Shown here: positions 42,040-56,287 of the stretch, one piece after another
Numbering within the stretch: the first letter of the stretch is position 1
Layout of the letters: each line of letters opens with the position of its first letter
Assembly: GCA_951406725.2 (NCBI GenBank)
Contig: OX597825.1
Span: forward strand, 72,044,001 to 72,108,000
Length of the DNA stretch: 64,000 bases
Direction of reading: 5' to 3'
Source of the DNA: Octopus vulgaris
Lineage: Eukaryota
The notes under the pieces: model-generated
The model's input: only the letters and a program-made list of their open reading frames with translations
Told to the model about the DNA's origin: nothing
The model's database searches: none
Translations under genes and position numbers: made by a program

Positions 42040-43830
42040 CAAGTGTAAGAAGAAGGTCTTATTTTATGCCAAACTTTGTATGCATCTTTTGCTGAGTTGA
42101 CGCCTTTAACCTCTTGATTGAACCAAAGGGTCCTCATGCCACCCAGTGCCACACCGAGCCTCTTTCGCTCGCTGTACTTAACAACTGAAGCAATAGCTAC
42201 CGAGTTGAAGAAACTCTATCCTGTTTCAACGTACTTAGTTGGTTCAGGATGTTCTCTGAATTTGGATGCAATAGTATCTGCATACCTGGTCCCGACCTGC
42301 TTATCAGCCAGTGCTTTCCTCTTTGTCCTTTAGGTCGAGCTGGATCTGCCAGTTCTTGGCTTTAGGTATTCTCACCCTTCAGACCTGGATGATAATCAGT
42401 TGACAGCTCAGCTCCTCTTTTAACACGCAGATCCAACACAGAATCAGAGATCAGAGACAATAACAAAATCAGTAATTGATCTTTGTCTCTGATCGACTCT
42501 ATACTATGCATATTCCTGGATGGCTCTTTGCTGGAAGAAAGTGTTTATAATAGGGAGCCCGTAACTAGAGCAAAAATCTAACAATGCCAACCTGTTTACA
42601 TTTAGATCGAAATCACCAATCACTCCTTTCTTTCCAGTCACCCACTTCTAATGCCAACATGTGCATTGAAGTCTCTTATTTGGATATATGACTCTTAACT
42701 ACATTTAACTACATCTAAAGTATTCTCTGTTTGACTCCAGCCAGGATCTCTGAAAAGGTACCTAAGCAGAGGCAATAGGAAACAATAATTTCAATTTTCA
42801 AAAAGGAAGACAAGAGAGATTTTGCTCTAATTATAGAGGAATTATAGAGGAATTTCCAGATGACATGGTACTACTCAACTCATCGGAAGATGATCCCCGC
42901 CCTACGCTTGATGTTTTGTTGCTGTGTGCAACTCAGCATGAATGAAAATCAGTGTTGCGAAGACTGAGACACTCGTCCTCTCAAGGAAACTTGCGCAATA
43001 TCTTTCGCACGTGAGTGGATTTCCACTTAAACAGGTACAGAAATTCAAGTATCGCGGGGTCACTTCCACGAGTGATGGAAAACTAAAGGCTAAATAAAGT
43101 GTAAGAATTGTAGGAGCTGGTACAGTAATGCGCCAGTTTCGGTATTCGGTTACCAGAGGAAAGGAGGTAGGAGTAAAAGCCAACTTAACTATCTTCAATT
43201 CAGTGTTCGTGTCCACCATTACCTATGGTTGTTGTTTCTTCCTTCTCAAGCCACACCAGGCTCATTAGGGCCGGTTTCCCGGTTTCATTGGCGTATAGGT
43301 TCCCCACCTGGACGGGATGCCGGTCCGTCGCAGGTGAGCTGCAGGATGCAGGAGGAAAGAGTGAGACAAAGTTGTGGCGAAAGAGTCAGCAGAAGTTCGC
43401 CATTACCTTCTGCCGGAGCCGCGTGGAGCTTGGGTGTTTCGCATAATCATACACATCGCCCGGTTTAAGATTCGAACCTGCAATTCCTAGATCGCGAGTC
43501 CGCTGCTCTAACCACTAGGCCATGTGCCTCCACCTTAACTATGGTCATGGATAAATGATCGAAAATATACGATTGCGGATACAAGTGGTCGAGACGAGAG
43601 TTGTCAGAAGGGTCTTTGGAATAACGTTACTCGATAGGATAGAATGTGTAGTCTGGAGATCAGACAGGTGCTCCATATAGGGCCACTACTTCTCCGAATT
43701 AAGATATCACGATAATCCGGACATGTGGTAAGAATGTCTCAGGAAAAAATGTCGCTGGACAGGTTTTAGAGGGAAAAAAAAAACAACTGGCAGAAGATCC
43801 AGGACTAGACCATGAGTAAGATGGTTGGAT
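42040..43830. mobile_element. Decayed RTE LINE: APE part on minus (42040-42700), RT and C-terminal part on plus (42780-43830)
   Basis: Minus: DFNAHVG...LLDFCSSYGLPIINTFF. Plus: IISIFKK...NYRG, FPDDMVLL, MKISVAKTETLV, QVQKFKYRG, ITYG, GHVVRM, RWLD. Confidence 0.75.
43230..43533 (-). mobile_element. SINE-C with tail type c, inserted in the RTE element
   Basis: Head ggaggcacatggcctagtggttagagcagcggactcgcga; imperfect TSD ...ctatggt at 43229 and 43545. Confidence 0.8.
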
Positions 43831-44094
43831 ATATACGTGTACACAGTCTAAAGACTTCCACACAGTTTGCGTCTGTAAAATTCACTCAGAAGGCATTGGG
43901 CTGCCTGGGCTACTATGACAGAAAACACTTGGCCAAATTGCCATCATACGAACATAAATAATCGCAATGAAATATGGAGAAAATCTCTAGTAATTGCCAG
44001 AAAGTGCAGCTGAAGCAGAGTAGTATATTTTTTAGTAGTGAGTGCGTTTTGGGAGTTGGTAACCAGTAATATATATATATAAATTACTGGTTAC

Positions 44095-44832
44095 TATTTT
44101 TACGTGTTTCAGTCATTTGACTGCGGTCATGCTGGAGCACCGCCTTTAGTCGAGAAAATCAACCCCAGGACTTATTCTTTGTGAGCCTAGTGTTTATTTA
44201 TTCCATCGGTCTCTTTTGCCGAACCGCTAAGTTACGGGGATGTAAACACACCAGCATCGGTTGTCAAGCGATGTTGGGGGGGGACAACAAACACAGACAC
44301 ACAAACACATACACATATATGTATATATATATACATATACTTATATACAACCTGCTTCTTTCAGTTTCCGTCTACCAAATCCACTCACAATGCTTTGGTC
44401 GGCCCGAGGCTAGAGTAGAAGACACTTGCCCAAGGTGCCACGCAGTGGGACTGAACCCGAAACCATGTGGTTGGTAAGCAAGCTACTTACCACACAGCCA
44501 CTCCTGCGCCTAGCTACTTACCACACAGCCACTCCTGGTTATATAATATATACTAGTTATATAATATGTGTGAATGTATGTATATAAATTACTGGATGGC
44601 GTAGAATGGACGTTAATTGATGTTGGGAGAATAGAAATTTATGCAAGTATTAATGTGTGTATAGAAAGTCTAGTTTGTAAGGTCATAGGACGAGATGAAT
44701 GTAGTTAAAAAAGCTGAATATAAAAGTACAAATAAATGCGTGGCATCTTGGGCAAGAGTCTTCTGCTATTGCCCCGGGCCGACCAATGCCTTGTGAGTGG
44801 ATTTGGTAGATGGAAACTGAAAGAAGCCTGTC

Positions 44833-44865
<33 letters not shown>

Positions 44866-46292
44866 TATATATATATATATATATAGATGTATGTGTGTGT
44901 GTATGTGTTTGCGTGTCTGTGTTTGTCCCCTAGCATTGCTTGACAACCAATGCTGGTGTGTTTACGTCCCCGTCACTTAGCGCTTCGGCCAAAGAGACCG
45001 ATAGAATAAGTACTGGGCTTACAAAGAATAAGTCCCGGAGTCGATTTGCTCGACTAAAGGCGGTGCTGCAGCATGGCCGCAGTCAAATGACTGAAACAAG
45101 TAAAAGAGTAAAGAGTAAGCCGGCTTGTTAGTTAGAGATTAATGATTAGTAGAGTTGATAAGGACAACTGTAAACCATACTAGCCGGAAAATACAATAAT
45201 AAATAATGAAGATAAGAGATAATCTCAAGAATCTGGCCAAAGTCATAAACAACAAAGTGTTTTAGCTACCTCTTGCAATTCTTTATTTTTATTATTTTAA
45301 TATTATCTGATTTGATTTGATTTCCCTTGATAAACTTCATCCAATAATTGGCAAAATCATTTTCGAGTTTCTTCTTGTCTACATCTTATTTTTTTATTAT
45401 TATTTCAACTACTACCATCGCTCAAATAAGCTTAATTTTGTTATATTCTTTCTATTTGTTTCAGTCATTCGACTGCGGCCAAACTGGAGCACGGCCTTTA
45501 GTCGAACAAATCGACCCCAGGACTTATTCTTTGTAAGTCAAGTACTTACTCTATCGAACTCTTTTGTCGAACCGCTATGGTGGAGTGACAAACACAAACA
45601 CACAAAAACATACAAACAAATATATATACGATGGGCTTCTTTCCCATCCCGTCTACCAAATCCACTCACAGGGCTTCGGTCGACCTGAGGCTGTAGTAGA
45701 AGACACTTGCCCAAAGTGCAATGCAGTGGAACTAAACTTCCTACCACACAGCCAGCCTGCGCCTATACATATATATATTTTTCGTTTTGAATTAATACTA
45801 CGAGTACCTCGAAGGTCGCCACGTCTCTGTTTTTGTTATTAGTGGTTTTGTTGTAATATTTCTTGTATGTAGGCGCAGGAGTGGCTGTGTGGTAAGTAGC
45901 TTGCTAACCAACCACATGGTTCCGGGTTCAGTCCCACTGCGTGGCATCTTGGGCAAGTGTCTTCTGCTATAGCCCCGGGCCGACCAATGCCTTGTGAGTG
46001 GATTTGGTAGACGGAAACTGAAAGAAGCCTGTCGTATATATGTATATATATATATAAGTGTGTATGTATATGTTTGTGTGTCTGTGTTTGTCCCCCTAGC
46101 ATTGCTTGACAACCGATGCTGGTGTATTTCCTTCCCCTGTCACATAGCGGTTCGGCAAAAGAGACCGATAGAATAAGTACTGGGCTTACAAAGAATAAGT
46201 CCCGGAGTCGATTTGCTCGACTAAAAGCGGTGCTCCAGCATGGCCGCAGTCAAGTGACTGAAACAAGTAAAAGAGTAAAAGAGTAAAAGAGA
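44095..46292. mobile_element. Four SINE-A copies in alternating orientation (44095-44537 -, 44736-45118 +, 45448-45763 -, 45872-46292 +)
   Basis: Homology to SINE-A. Confidence 0.88.
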
Positions 46293-46584
46293 ATATGTTT
46301 ACGCTTCCGTCCCCCGGAATCTCATAATTTGATTAGTGGAAATAAATGTACATTGTATACTCAGAGTATTCAGAAAATTCCAACAGGAAATACTCGTATT
46401 ACACTCGATGAAGCACCCACACACGGCTGTTGTTGAAAAAGTACACAATTACATAATTATAAAGAATGTTTTTCTATAATGGTTATGAATATAAACTCAA
46501 CAATTTCAAGCTGATGTACAGTGAAGGAACAAATTTGAAATACTATTAAAACCTGATATCCTCCATCCCCGCGTTACAGATGAA

Positions 46585-46621
<37 letters not shown>

Positions 46622-46774
46622 ATGTGTGTGTGTATGTGTGTGTATGTGTATGTGTGTGTGTATGTATGTATGTGTGTATGTATGTGTGTGTATGTGTGAG
46701 TATGTCTGTGTGTGTGTATGTGTGTGTATGTATGTGTATATGTGTGTGTGTATGTGTGTGTATGTATGTGTGTA

Positions 46775-46831
<57 letters not shown>

Positions 46832-47531
46832 AATCTGTCAAATACAACAGCTTAGCAGTCAAGAAATATATGAATCATCTGTAAGATGTAACAGTCTTTA
46901 CATTAAAATGCACATTTAAAACTTCTTTCGATGCGAAAACCGAGTGTATCTTCGTCAGCTTTGACATAAAGAAGGAAATTGCTTATCGTTTTACTAATCT
47001 CCTACCAGTTCCATATCAGCTTTCAACGTCAGCTGTCGTCCAAGTCACAATATGTTACGTTCGGGTATGTATGTATGTATGTATGTATGTATGTATGTAT
47101 GTATGTATGTATGTATGTATGTATGTATGTATGTATGTGTGTGTGTCTGTGTACATGTGTGTGTGTGTGCGTATGTATATTATTATTCATTATTATTTCA
47201 AGATTTCTGGCCAATAGAGGAAGAGCCGGTTTCTAATTTAGATCCAAACTCCTTCATTAGAATTTCAACATCAGTACAGTATTTTGTATGTATGTATGTA
47301 TGTATGTATGTATGTATGTATGTATGCATGCATGTATGTATGTATGTATGTATGTATGTATGTATGTATGTATGTATGTATGTATGTATGTATGTATGTA
47401 TTTATGTATGTATGTATGTATGTATTATGTATGTATGTATGCATGTATGTATGTATGTATGTATGTATGTATAATGTATGTATGTATGTATTATATATGT
47501 ATGTATTTATGTATTTATGTATGTATGTATG

Positions 47532-47737
47532 TTTTATCTTTTACTGTTTCAATCATTGGACTGCGGCCATGCTAGGACACCGCCTTGAAGGGTTTTAGTT
47601 GAACTAATTGATCCCAGGACTTATTTTTTGTTTTATAGCCTTGTACTTATTCTATCGGTCTCTTTGCCAAACCGCTAAGATACGGGACATAAGCACACCA
47701 ACACCGGTTGTCAAGGGGCGGTACAAACAATCACACA

Positions 47738-47777
<40 letters not shown>

Positions 47778-47939
47778 CACACATATGACGGGTTTTTTCG
47801 GTTACCGTCAACAAAATCCACTCACAAGGTTTTGGTCGACTCGAGGCTATAATAGAAGACACTTGCCCAAGGTGTCATACAGTGGAACTGAACCCTGAAC
47901 TATGGGCTTGGATAGCAAGCTTCTTACCACACAGCCACA
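47532..47939 (-). mobile_element. SINE-A, diverged copy
   Basis: Homology to SINE-A. Confidence 0.75.
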
Positions 47940-47985
47940 TGTACGTACGTATGTATGTATGTATGTATGTATGTATGTATGTATG

Positions 47986-48016
<31 letters not shown>

Positions 48017-48337
48017 GTATGTATGGATGGATGGATGTATGAGTGCATGCCTGTATGTATGTGGGAATATATATATATATATATATATAGCAATTAAGGA
48101 CAACTACTTAATAAGGAAAACTTAACAAGAAATTGTCAGGTAGATAGCGTGAAAACCTCATAAGAGAATAAATTTCGAAAATAATTATTTCTTATTGAAC
48201 ATATTAATTTATATATAGAGGGCATTATACATACATGCCAGAGGGCATTATACATACATGCCACACGCTAAGAGGGACAATTAGTCATTTCTACCAAAAA
48301 TATTACTAATCCCACCGAATGCAATTTTTCAAAGTAA

Positions 48338-48389
<52 letters not shown>

Positions 48390-48391
<2 letters not shown>

Positions 48392-48611
48392 CGCAGGAGT
48401 AGCTGTGTGTAGCTTGCTTACAAACCACATGGTTCCGGGTTCAGTCCCACTGCGTGGCACCTTAGGCAAATGTCTTCAAGAGAAACCGATAGAATAAGTA
48501 CTAGGCTTACAAATAATAAGTCCTGGAGTCGATTTGCTCGACAAAAGGCGGTGCTCCAGCATGGCTGCAGTCAAATGACTGAAACAAGTAAAAGAGTAAA
48601 GAGAAAAGAGA
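48390..48611 (+). mobile_element. SINE-A with internal deletion
   Basis: Head joined directly to the tail at tgtcttc|aagagaaaccgatag. Confidence 0.8.
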
Positions 48612-48929
48612 ATATATATATATATAATTAATAATATCAGGGTAATAAAGATTTTAGAAATTTTTAGCAGTGGCCTAACGCATAGAAAAATTAGTCAATA
48701 GACTATATATTATTCATATAAAATACAGTGTACATTTGAACACATTAAGAGGTATCCATCATAGGACTCCCTTACGCTAGAAGGAACAGCTAAAGTCCAA
48801 ACCACTAATTAGGGATAAAATCTCGAAGGGATTATGTATATACACACTCACACACATATGTAAAGGTTGTTACACATGAAATGTTGTATTTGAAATGTAA
48901 CAATAAAATGTTTCAGAAGTGTTAGAGAA

Positions 48930-49300
48930 CTGGTTTATTTAATCAAAGTATGATCCGTGTTCGTTTATGACCTCTACCAAACGTTGCTCTAAGTCATATA
49001 TTCTATCTTTAAAAAAATTTCATCTTTTGCTGTGATAAACTGTCCGAATATATATCTTCTGTATTTAAGAATGTTTTATTTAAACCATCATGCTGACTAA
49101 CTGATTTTTCAAGGCTATCATCTCTTAAACGAGATCTTTGGAACAATCTCTGAACAGTTTTGATGTCAACAAAACCAACCAATGCCAAAAGCCCGCTTCA
49201 TATTCCGTAGAGTTTCTGCGTCAGAGGGACCCAATTTGTACTCATACAAGAAAATCACTCAACCTTGTTTGATTGTTATCATTTTCATAAGGTCTGTGGG
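48930..49300 (-). mobile_element. Internally deleted mariner transposase remnant
   Basis: N-term VIFLYEYKLGPSDAETLRNMKRAFG (mariner HTH) and C-term FFKDRIYDLEQRLVEVINEHGSYFD*. Confidence 0.75.
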
Positions 49301-49450
49301 TACGAATTTTGTATACCAATATTTGGAAAGAAAAAGAGTCAAGATTAAATGCAAGGATAAACATAATTGAGTTTTTAAATTACTGAAATAAGTAATCAAA
49401 AATGCGAAATTTCATGTGTGATAACTTTATATTTATATTATATATATATA

Positions 49451-49830
49451 GGCGCAGGAGTGGCTGTGTGGTAAGTAGCTTGCTAACCAACCACATGGTT
49501 CCGGGTTCAGTCCCACTGCGTGGCATCTTGGGCAAGTGTCTTCTGCTATAGCCCCGGGCCGACCAATGCCTTGTGAGTGGATTTGGTAGACGGAAACTGA
49601 AAGAAGCTCGTCGTATATATATATATGTATGTTTGTGTGTCTGTGTTTGTACCCCTAGCATTGCTTGACAACCGATGCTGGTGTGTTTACGTCCCCGTCA
49701 CTTAGCGGTTCGGCAAAAGAGACCGATAGAATAAGTACTGGGCTTACAAAGGATAAGTCCCGGGGTCGATTTGCACCGACTAAAGGCGGTGCTCCAGCAT
49801 GGCCGCAGTCAAATGACTGAAACAAGTAAG
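49451..49830 (+). mobile_element. SINE-A full length, young subfamily
   Basis: Diagnostic ggcatcttggg...ctgctatagccccgggccgaccaatgcc. Confidence 0.92.
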
Positions 49831-50201
49831 AAAAAAATATAATTCAACTACTAATATTCTTAAGGTCAACAGTTATTCACTCGCAGCCTCTTTAATTCTT
49901 TGTCACTAACTCAATTCTCAACCAATTCCAAGACTGTTGCCAGTTCTATAATAGTCACACCCAAGCTACTTTTTGGCATAAAGATATTGAAATTTGGTTC
50001 CGTGAAAAAAAAAAAAAGGTTACGTTAAAATATGTGCCATCCAAATGGGGAGAGTAAGGGGAAAATTCGACTTTGAATCAAAGTGACTTTCTTATTTTAA
50101 AAGCAAACTATATTTTATTTAAGCTTAAATGATAAAACGAAACGAGAGGAATCTAAAAATGTCAGTTTTTTCAAAAGAATCTTTAATATTAAGAAGTTAT
50201 G

Positions 50202-50237
<36 letters not shown>

Positions 50238-50238
<1 letters not shown>

Positions 50239-50651
50239 CTCTTTCTCTCTTTTACTCTTTTACTTGTTTCAGTCATTTGACTGCGGCCATGCTGGAGCAC
50301 CGCCTTTAGTCGAGAAAATCGACCCCGGGACTTATTCTTTGTGAGTCCAGTACTTATTCTATCGGTCTCTTTTGCTGAACCGCTAAGTGATGGGGACGTA
50401 AACACACCAGCATCGGTTGTCAAGCAATGCTAGGGGGACAAACACAGACACACAAACATATACACACACACTTACATATATATACATATATACGACTGGC
50501 TTCTTTCAGTTTCCGTCTACCAAATCCACTCACAAGGCATTGGTCGGCCCGGGGCTATAGCAGAAGACACTTGCCCAAGATGCCACGCAGTGGGACTGAA
50601 CCCGGAACCATGTGGTTCGTAAGCAAGCTACTTACCACACAGCCACTCCTG
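50238..50651 (-). mobile_element. SINE-A full length, young subfamily
   Basis: Near-identical to 49451-49830, opposite strand. Confidence 0.92.
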
Positions 50652-51000
50652 ATATACTCAGTCACGCCCTTGCATCACAGTAGCAGTTTTTCTTTCTTTC
50701 TCTTTTTCTCTCTTACATAAGTGTACATCTTATTTGGAGACACTAGATATGCTAGAAATAACCGCATATCGTCGCCAAAAATGTAGAAACAGAGAGCGAG
50801 AAGGAGAGACAGAAAGTTAGATGATTGCCGCCAATTCTCCAATCTATTTTCTTCATTTTAAGAGTGCACATAAAAACACACACACTGTTACGCGCGCGTG
50901 CACACATACACAGACGCACAGATATCATTCAACCACTACAGTGGTTGATCTTCTAATCTTCACCCTCCCTTTTTCTTTAATCCAGATATGTTACTGTAGG

Positions 51001-51228
51001 GGAAGCACTCCGTCGGTTACGACGACGAGGGTTCCGGTTGATCCGATCAACGGAACAGCCTGCTCGTGAAATTAACGTGTAAGTGGCTGAGCACTCCACA
51101 GACACCTGTACCCTTACCGTAGTTCTCGGGGATATTCAGCGTGACACAGAGAGTGACAAGGCCGGCCCTTTGAAATACAGGTACAACAGAAACAGGAAGT
51201 AAGAGTGAGAGAAAGTTGTGGTGGAAGA

Positions 51229-51230
<2 letters not shown>
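51001..51230 (-). mobile_element. SINE-C 3' part with tail type a
   Basis: ggaagcactccgtcggttacgacgacgagggttccgg..., same as 57217 onward. Confidence 0.85.
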
Positions 51231-51294
<64 letters not shown>

Positions 51295-52073
51295 TATACT
51301 TCTAGTCTTAATAAATCAAAATTTAGTCAAAAAATATTAGATCTAGCCTTTATTTGCAGAAATGCACTTTAATTTCGTTTTTTAATCAATTTTTTGAATT
51401 TAAGTAATTAAAAAAAATTCTTAAAATTTAATTTGAAACCAACTCCTAATCAAAAAAGCTCATTTCTGTTTGACAATTATACTATAATTTATTTCTTATT
51501 ACCTTAATTATAAAATATATAACCCCTACCCCGCCACACACACAAAATTTCAAAATTTCAAAAGCTAATAAAAAGAAAAAGAAAAAAAAGGGCACACGTG
51601 CGTATCAAAAAATAAATAAAACAATAATGTATGAATGCTTTGAATCAAATAGGTACGTTTCTTCTTTTTTTTTTTTTTGCTTCTTTTTGTTACTAATTAA
51701 TGATTGAATACCTTTACAATTATATTTCTCATAATTAATTAACATGTTACTTTGAATGACGGTTCGATTGACCAATATATTGATTGTTTATATCTTGCAT
51801 AATATAGGTAGTTTGAATCAATATTTAGCATTTCCAGGACAGCAACTTGCATTTTTTGACTACTACAATAAAAAAACGATTGCAGCTTCACCACTCACCG
51901 ACTAATTGTTTATCTTTTAGACATGATCTAACAAGCTAATACTTATTTACGACTTATTCAATACGTTGGCAATCTAACACTGCTTGAAGTCCAACATCAA
52001 ATAGAAAATATGCACCACCTTTCTAACATAAATTTATTTCTATTAATTTAGTGTTATAATTTTCTTTACGTTC

Positions 52074-52297
52074 TCTTTTACTCTTTTACTTGTTTCAGTC
52101 ATTTGACTGCGGCCATGCTGGAGCACCGCCTTTAGTCGAGCAAATCGACCCCGGGACGTATTCTTTGTAAGCCCAGTACTTATTCTATCGGTCTCTTTTG
52201 CCGAACCGCTAAGTGACGGGGACGTAAACACATCAGCATCGGTTGTCAAGCAATGCTAGGGGGACAAACACAGACACACACATACACACACATATAT

Positions 52298-52395
<98 letters not shown>

Positions 52396-52557
52396 GACAG
52401 GCTTCTTTCAATTTCCGTCTACCAAATCCACTCACAATGCATTGGTCGGCCCGGGGCTATAGCAGAAGACACTTGCCCAAGATGCCACGCAGTGGGACTG
52501 AACCCGGAACCATGTGGTTGATTAGCAAGCTACTTACCACACAGCCACTCCTGCGCC
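52074..52557 (-). mobile_element. SINE-A full length with a 50-bp flanking direct repeat
   Basis: 52024-52073 matches 52560-52609 with 2 mismatches. Confidence 0.92.
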
Positions 52558-53669
52558 TATAACATAAATTTAGTTCTATTAATTTAGTGTAATAATTTTC
52601 TTTACGTTCGCTCATTTTCTAATCTTAGCTACAATTTCCGATTTTATCCTGAGCCAGTGTAACTAAATTGCTCTTACAATTCAATTTTTTTTATATATTT
52701 AGATTAATACTTATTCTTATTTTAATTCAATCATCAAACATGAAAAATAATTGAAAATTATTTAATAAAAGTATTAAATAAAAAGTGAAATTTTTAATCA
52801 GGTAAAATTAAAAATTTTTGTTGTCACTATTAATAAATTTAATTGCATTGCCTGGGGGAAAAAAGTGGGTTACAAGGAAAAATGCGGACGCATGGAGGTT
52901 AATATTTTAAAGTTATTAAACTGGGAAAAGTACGGGACAGGTTATTACACCTGGAAAAGAACGTGACAAACATATTTATACTTAAATATTGCGGCTATAG
53001 TTAAAATTTTAAAACATATTTAGATTTAAAAACTAAAAATAATAGCTTTTATTAACTACTCTATAATTAAAATATTAATTCAAATAATAAATTTAAGACT
53101 AACTGTTAGCAAAAAAAATCAAACAAATCAATAGCCGCATTAAAAATGTTTTTTTCAGTTACAAGTTTTTAAATACTCCCATATCTGTACGGAATGGACA
53201 TATTGAGGGATTTATCCCCCCCCCCCCCCCGACATTTTGTATCAATATGGGCCATGTAGCCCTTCGCCAAGAAGATTTTTTCATATGGTATACTACCCCA
53301 CCAAGCAAAACTTTTATTAGGCAGGGTACCCCGCCCCCACCCCGAAAGCCTCAAGCTTACCATAAAGGCATCAATTGAACTTCCCTTTTTTTTTAATAAA
53401 TTTCCAGAAGATCAGCCTTATGGTGTTTTTATCAATGATTTATAGTGTGCCAAATTTTAACAAAAAGAATCGCAATAAAGGAATTTCGATTGAATACTAT
53501 ACTACTTAAGAACGGTCGCAATGCACAAAGACCTTGACATCCTTGTTACTTATTTCCTTTTTATTCACCTTACTTCGAGCTGTGCGGATAATACCAGACT
53601 GACTTATTGCCTCAACTTAAGCACCTAATTCAAACAACTCTTAATCATTTCTTATGTGTGTGTGCGTGT

Positions 53670-53965
53670 GTGTGCATATATATATATATATATACATATA
53701 TAGACAGGTGTGTATGTGTAATTGTATTTATATAAACGTATGCGAATGCTTCTGTGTGTGTGCGTGTGTGTGCATATATATATATACATATATAGACAGG
53801 TGTGTATGTGTAATTGTATTTATATAAATGTATGCGAATGCTTCTGTGTGTGTGTGTGTGTGTGTGTGTGCATATATATATATATATACATATATAGACA
53901 GGTGTGTATGTGTAATTGTATTTATATAAATGTGTGCGAATGCTTCTGTGTGTGTGTGTGTGTGT
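53670..53965. repeat. Three tandem copies of a ~100-bp compound unit
   Basis: catatatagacaggtgtgtatgtgtaattgtatttatataaa..tgcgaatgcttct x3. Confidence 0.9.
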
Positions 53966-54929
53966 ATGTTGGTGTGGGTGCAAAGTAAGCGAACGACGGA
54001 AAAAATATTATGTATATTACTTTTATAAATCGGACAATCTGGAAGCCTGACATAATGAGTTCATAGTGTAATGCGCATTAAATAGTCAAAGCTGTTACAA
54101 TAGATTCAGTTACACACAAACTAGTTTAATTAGTTATTCTTGGTTTGTGTACTAAATTATTCCCTGAGCGCCAATTAAAATGAGATCTTTGCTGCTGAAT
54201 AAACAAAATAAATGTTTTAAGGAACAATGAAAGGAACTGAAAACCAAATAAAAATTGAGAGATTATAAAACTACATCAAATTACTTGCTGTGCAGCTCAG
54301 CCAGATGCTGACGATTTTTTTTTAATTGTACATAGATATTAGAAAAAAATAATAAATAGTTATATGTAAGAGAAAGGTCTACAGTGTTATAGAAATCAGT
54401 ATCAGTGAGTGTCAGACCATAAATCTTGTCTTAAAATCTAATTGCAGCAGACAACAAAGATTCGAGTTTTATTTCTACTGTAGAAAACGTGTTATGTTAC
54501 AGGTGCGTGTTTAATTAATTTTAGGTTGAGAAGTTCTCCCGCATTGCATTTATCTTGACAGAAACTGTAGAAGCGTTTAGGTATTTTTGATATTTTTTTA
54601 AACACGACGCGCTAGCAGAATCTTTATCGCGCCGAGCAAGACACTTAACGACATGGTTACCAAATGGTTAGCACTTTTCGCATTAAATTGGGTGCCTTTT
54701 TATTATTTTCAGTGCAAAAATCGATCGAATTATGTGCTCACGTAATTTTGATATATTATATAATAATTTAGAATTAAAGTTAGTTCTTCTAAAGTTAGTG
54801 CTTATCCATGACAATAAAATTAGATTTTAACTCGGTATTTTCTGTCCAAAATTCAGGCCGAAATAATTCTAGCCTAGTATATGGAGACATTGAATTTAAA
54901 GTATAGTTTATGAATAATATCGGAGGAGA

Positions 54930-55520
54930 GGGAAAGTCGCTTACATCGACCTCAATGTTCAACTGGTACTTATTTTATCGACTTCAGAAAGATGAAAGGT
55001 TAAGTCGATCTCTGTGGGATTTGAACTCAGTACATAAAGGACGAACGAATGCTGCAAAACATTTGTCTAGCCTGCTAACAATTCTGTCAGTTCGCCGCCT
55101 TACTTAAAGGTATAATATAGGTTTCAAATTTTGGTACAAGGCCAGCAATTTCGGGGAAGGATGAATGGTAAAGTCGACCTCGGTGGAATATTTGACGAAA
55201 TGCAACTAAGCATTTTTCTCGACGTGCTAACGATTCTGCCAGCTTGCTGTCTTATTTAAATAAGTAAATAAATGTTCCTTCTCGAGCCATGCCAGGCTCA
55301 TAAGGGCCGGTTTCCGCGTTTCAGTGGCGTAGAAATTCCCCACCTGGACAGGACGCCAGTCCGTCGCAGGATTACTCATTTTTGCCAGCTGAGTGGACTG
55401 GAGCAACGTGAAATGAAGTGCTTAGCTTAAGAACACAACGCATCGCCCAGTCCAGGAATCGAAACCACAACCTTATGATCATGATTTCAACACCTTAACC
55501 ACTAAGCCATGCGCCTCCAC
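54930..55520 (-). mobile_element. Two SINE-B copies (54930-55250) and a SINE-D with tail c (55273-55520)
   Basis: SINE-D head gtggaggcgcatggcttagtggttaagg, body cacttcatttcacgttgctccagtccactcagctggc. Confidence 0.75.
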
Positions 55521-55947
55521 ATCTTATTTAAAAGTGTAATATTAATATATTATCGTTTCACAATTCACTAAAGTAAATGAGTAATTGTTGCGTTTAGAGG
55601 TTTTAGTATATCTATGTATATGCACTCTAGGTATAGCTTCACACAAAGAAGATGTTATCTTTATCCTCTCTCCATTTTCTCTCTACTAACATGTGCATAT
55701 GCGAGCGTATGTGTGTGAGGGAAAAAAAGCCATGACAGGTGACGTTGGGTACAGTTGAAGCAATTCCAGTCTTGTTTGCCTGAGGCTCGCAGCTTATCAA
55801 GATTTGAAACAGAATTACTTCTTGTAGTGATAGAATATCTTTTACTTCTTCCAGTCATTGGATTGTGGCCATGCTGAAGCACCGCTTTGAAGGGCGTAAA
55901 ATCAAGAGATGTGGTGGTGGGGACGGACTCAAATACATGCACAAACA

Positions 55948-56016
<69 letters not shown>

Positions 56017-56207
56017 CACTGGTGTTAAATCGATGTTAATTAAATTAATATGTAATTTCTCACCCCCTTTTAAATATATATATATATATATGGCCTGCTC
56101 GCTTAGCCAGCGGGGTGGCGTCATTTGAAGTCTAAAACAATGCAAAGCGCATTGTGACCAGCGATGTGTAGCAACATTTGATAGTCTGGTCGGTCACGGT
56201 GATCACG

Positions 56208-56287
<80 letters not shown>

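Noticed and set aside
46920-46963. Minus-strand CTGACGA-agatac...gcatc-GAAA hammerhead-like half
   Set aside because: Stem II is plausible but stems I and III cannot be built; at best a relic.
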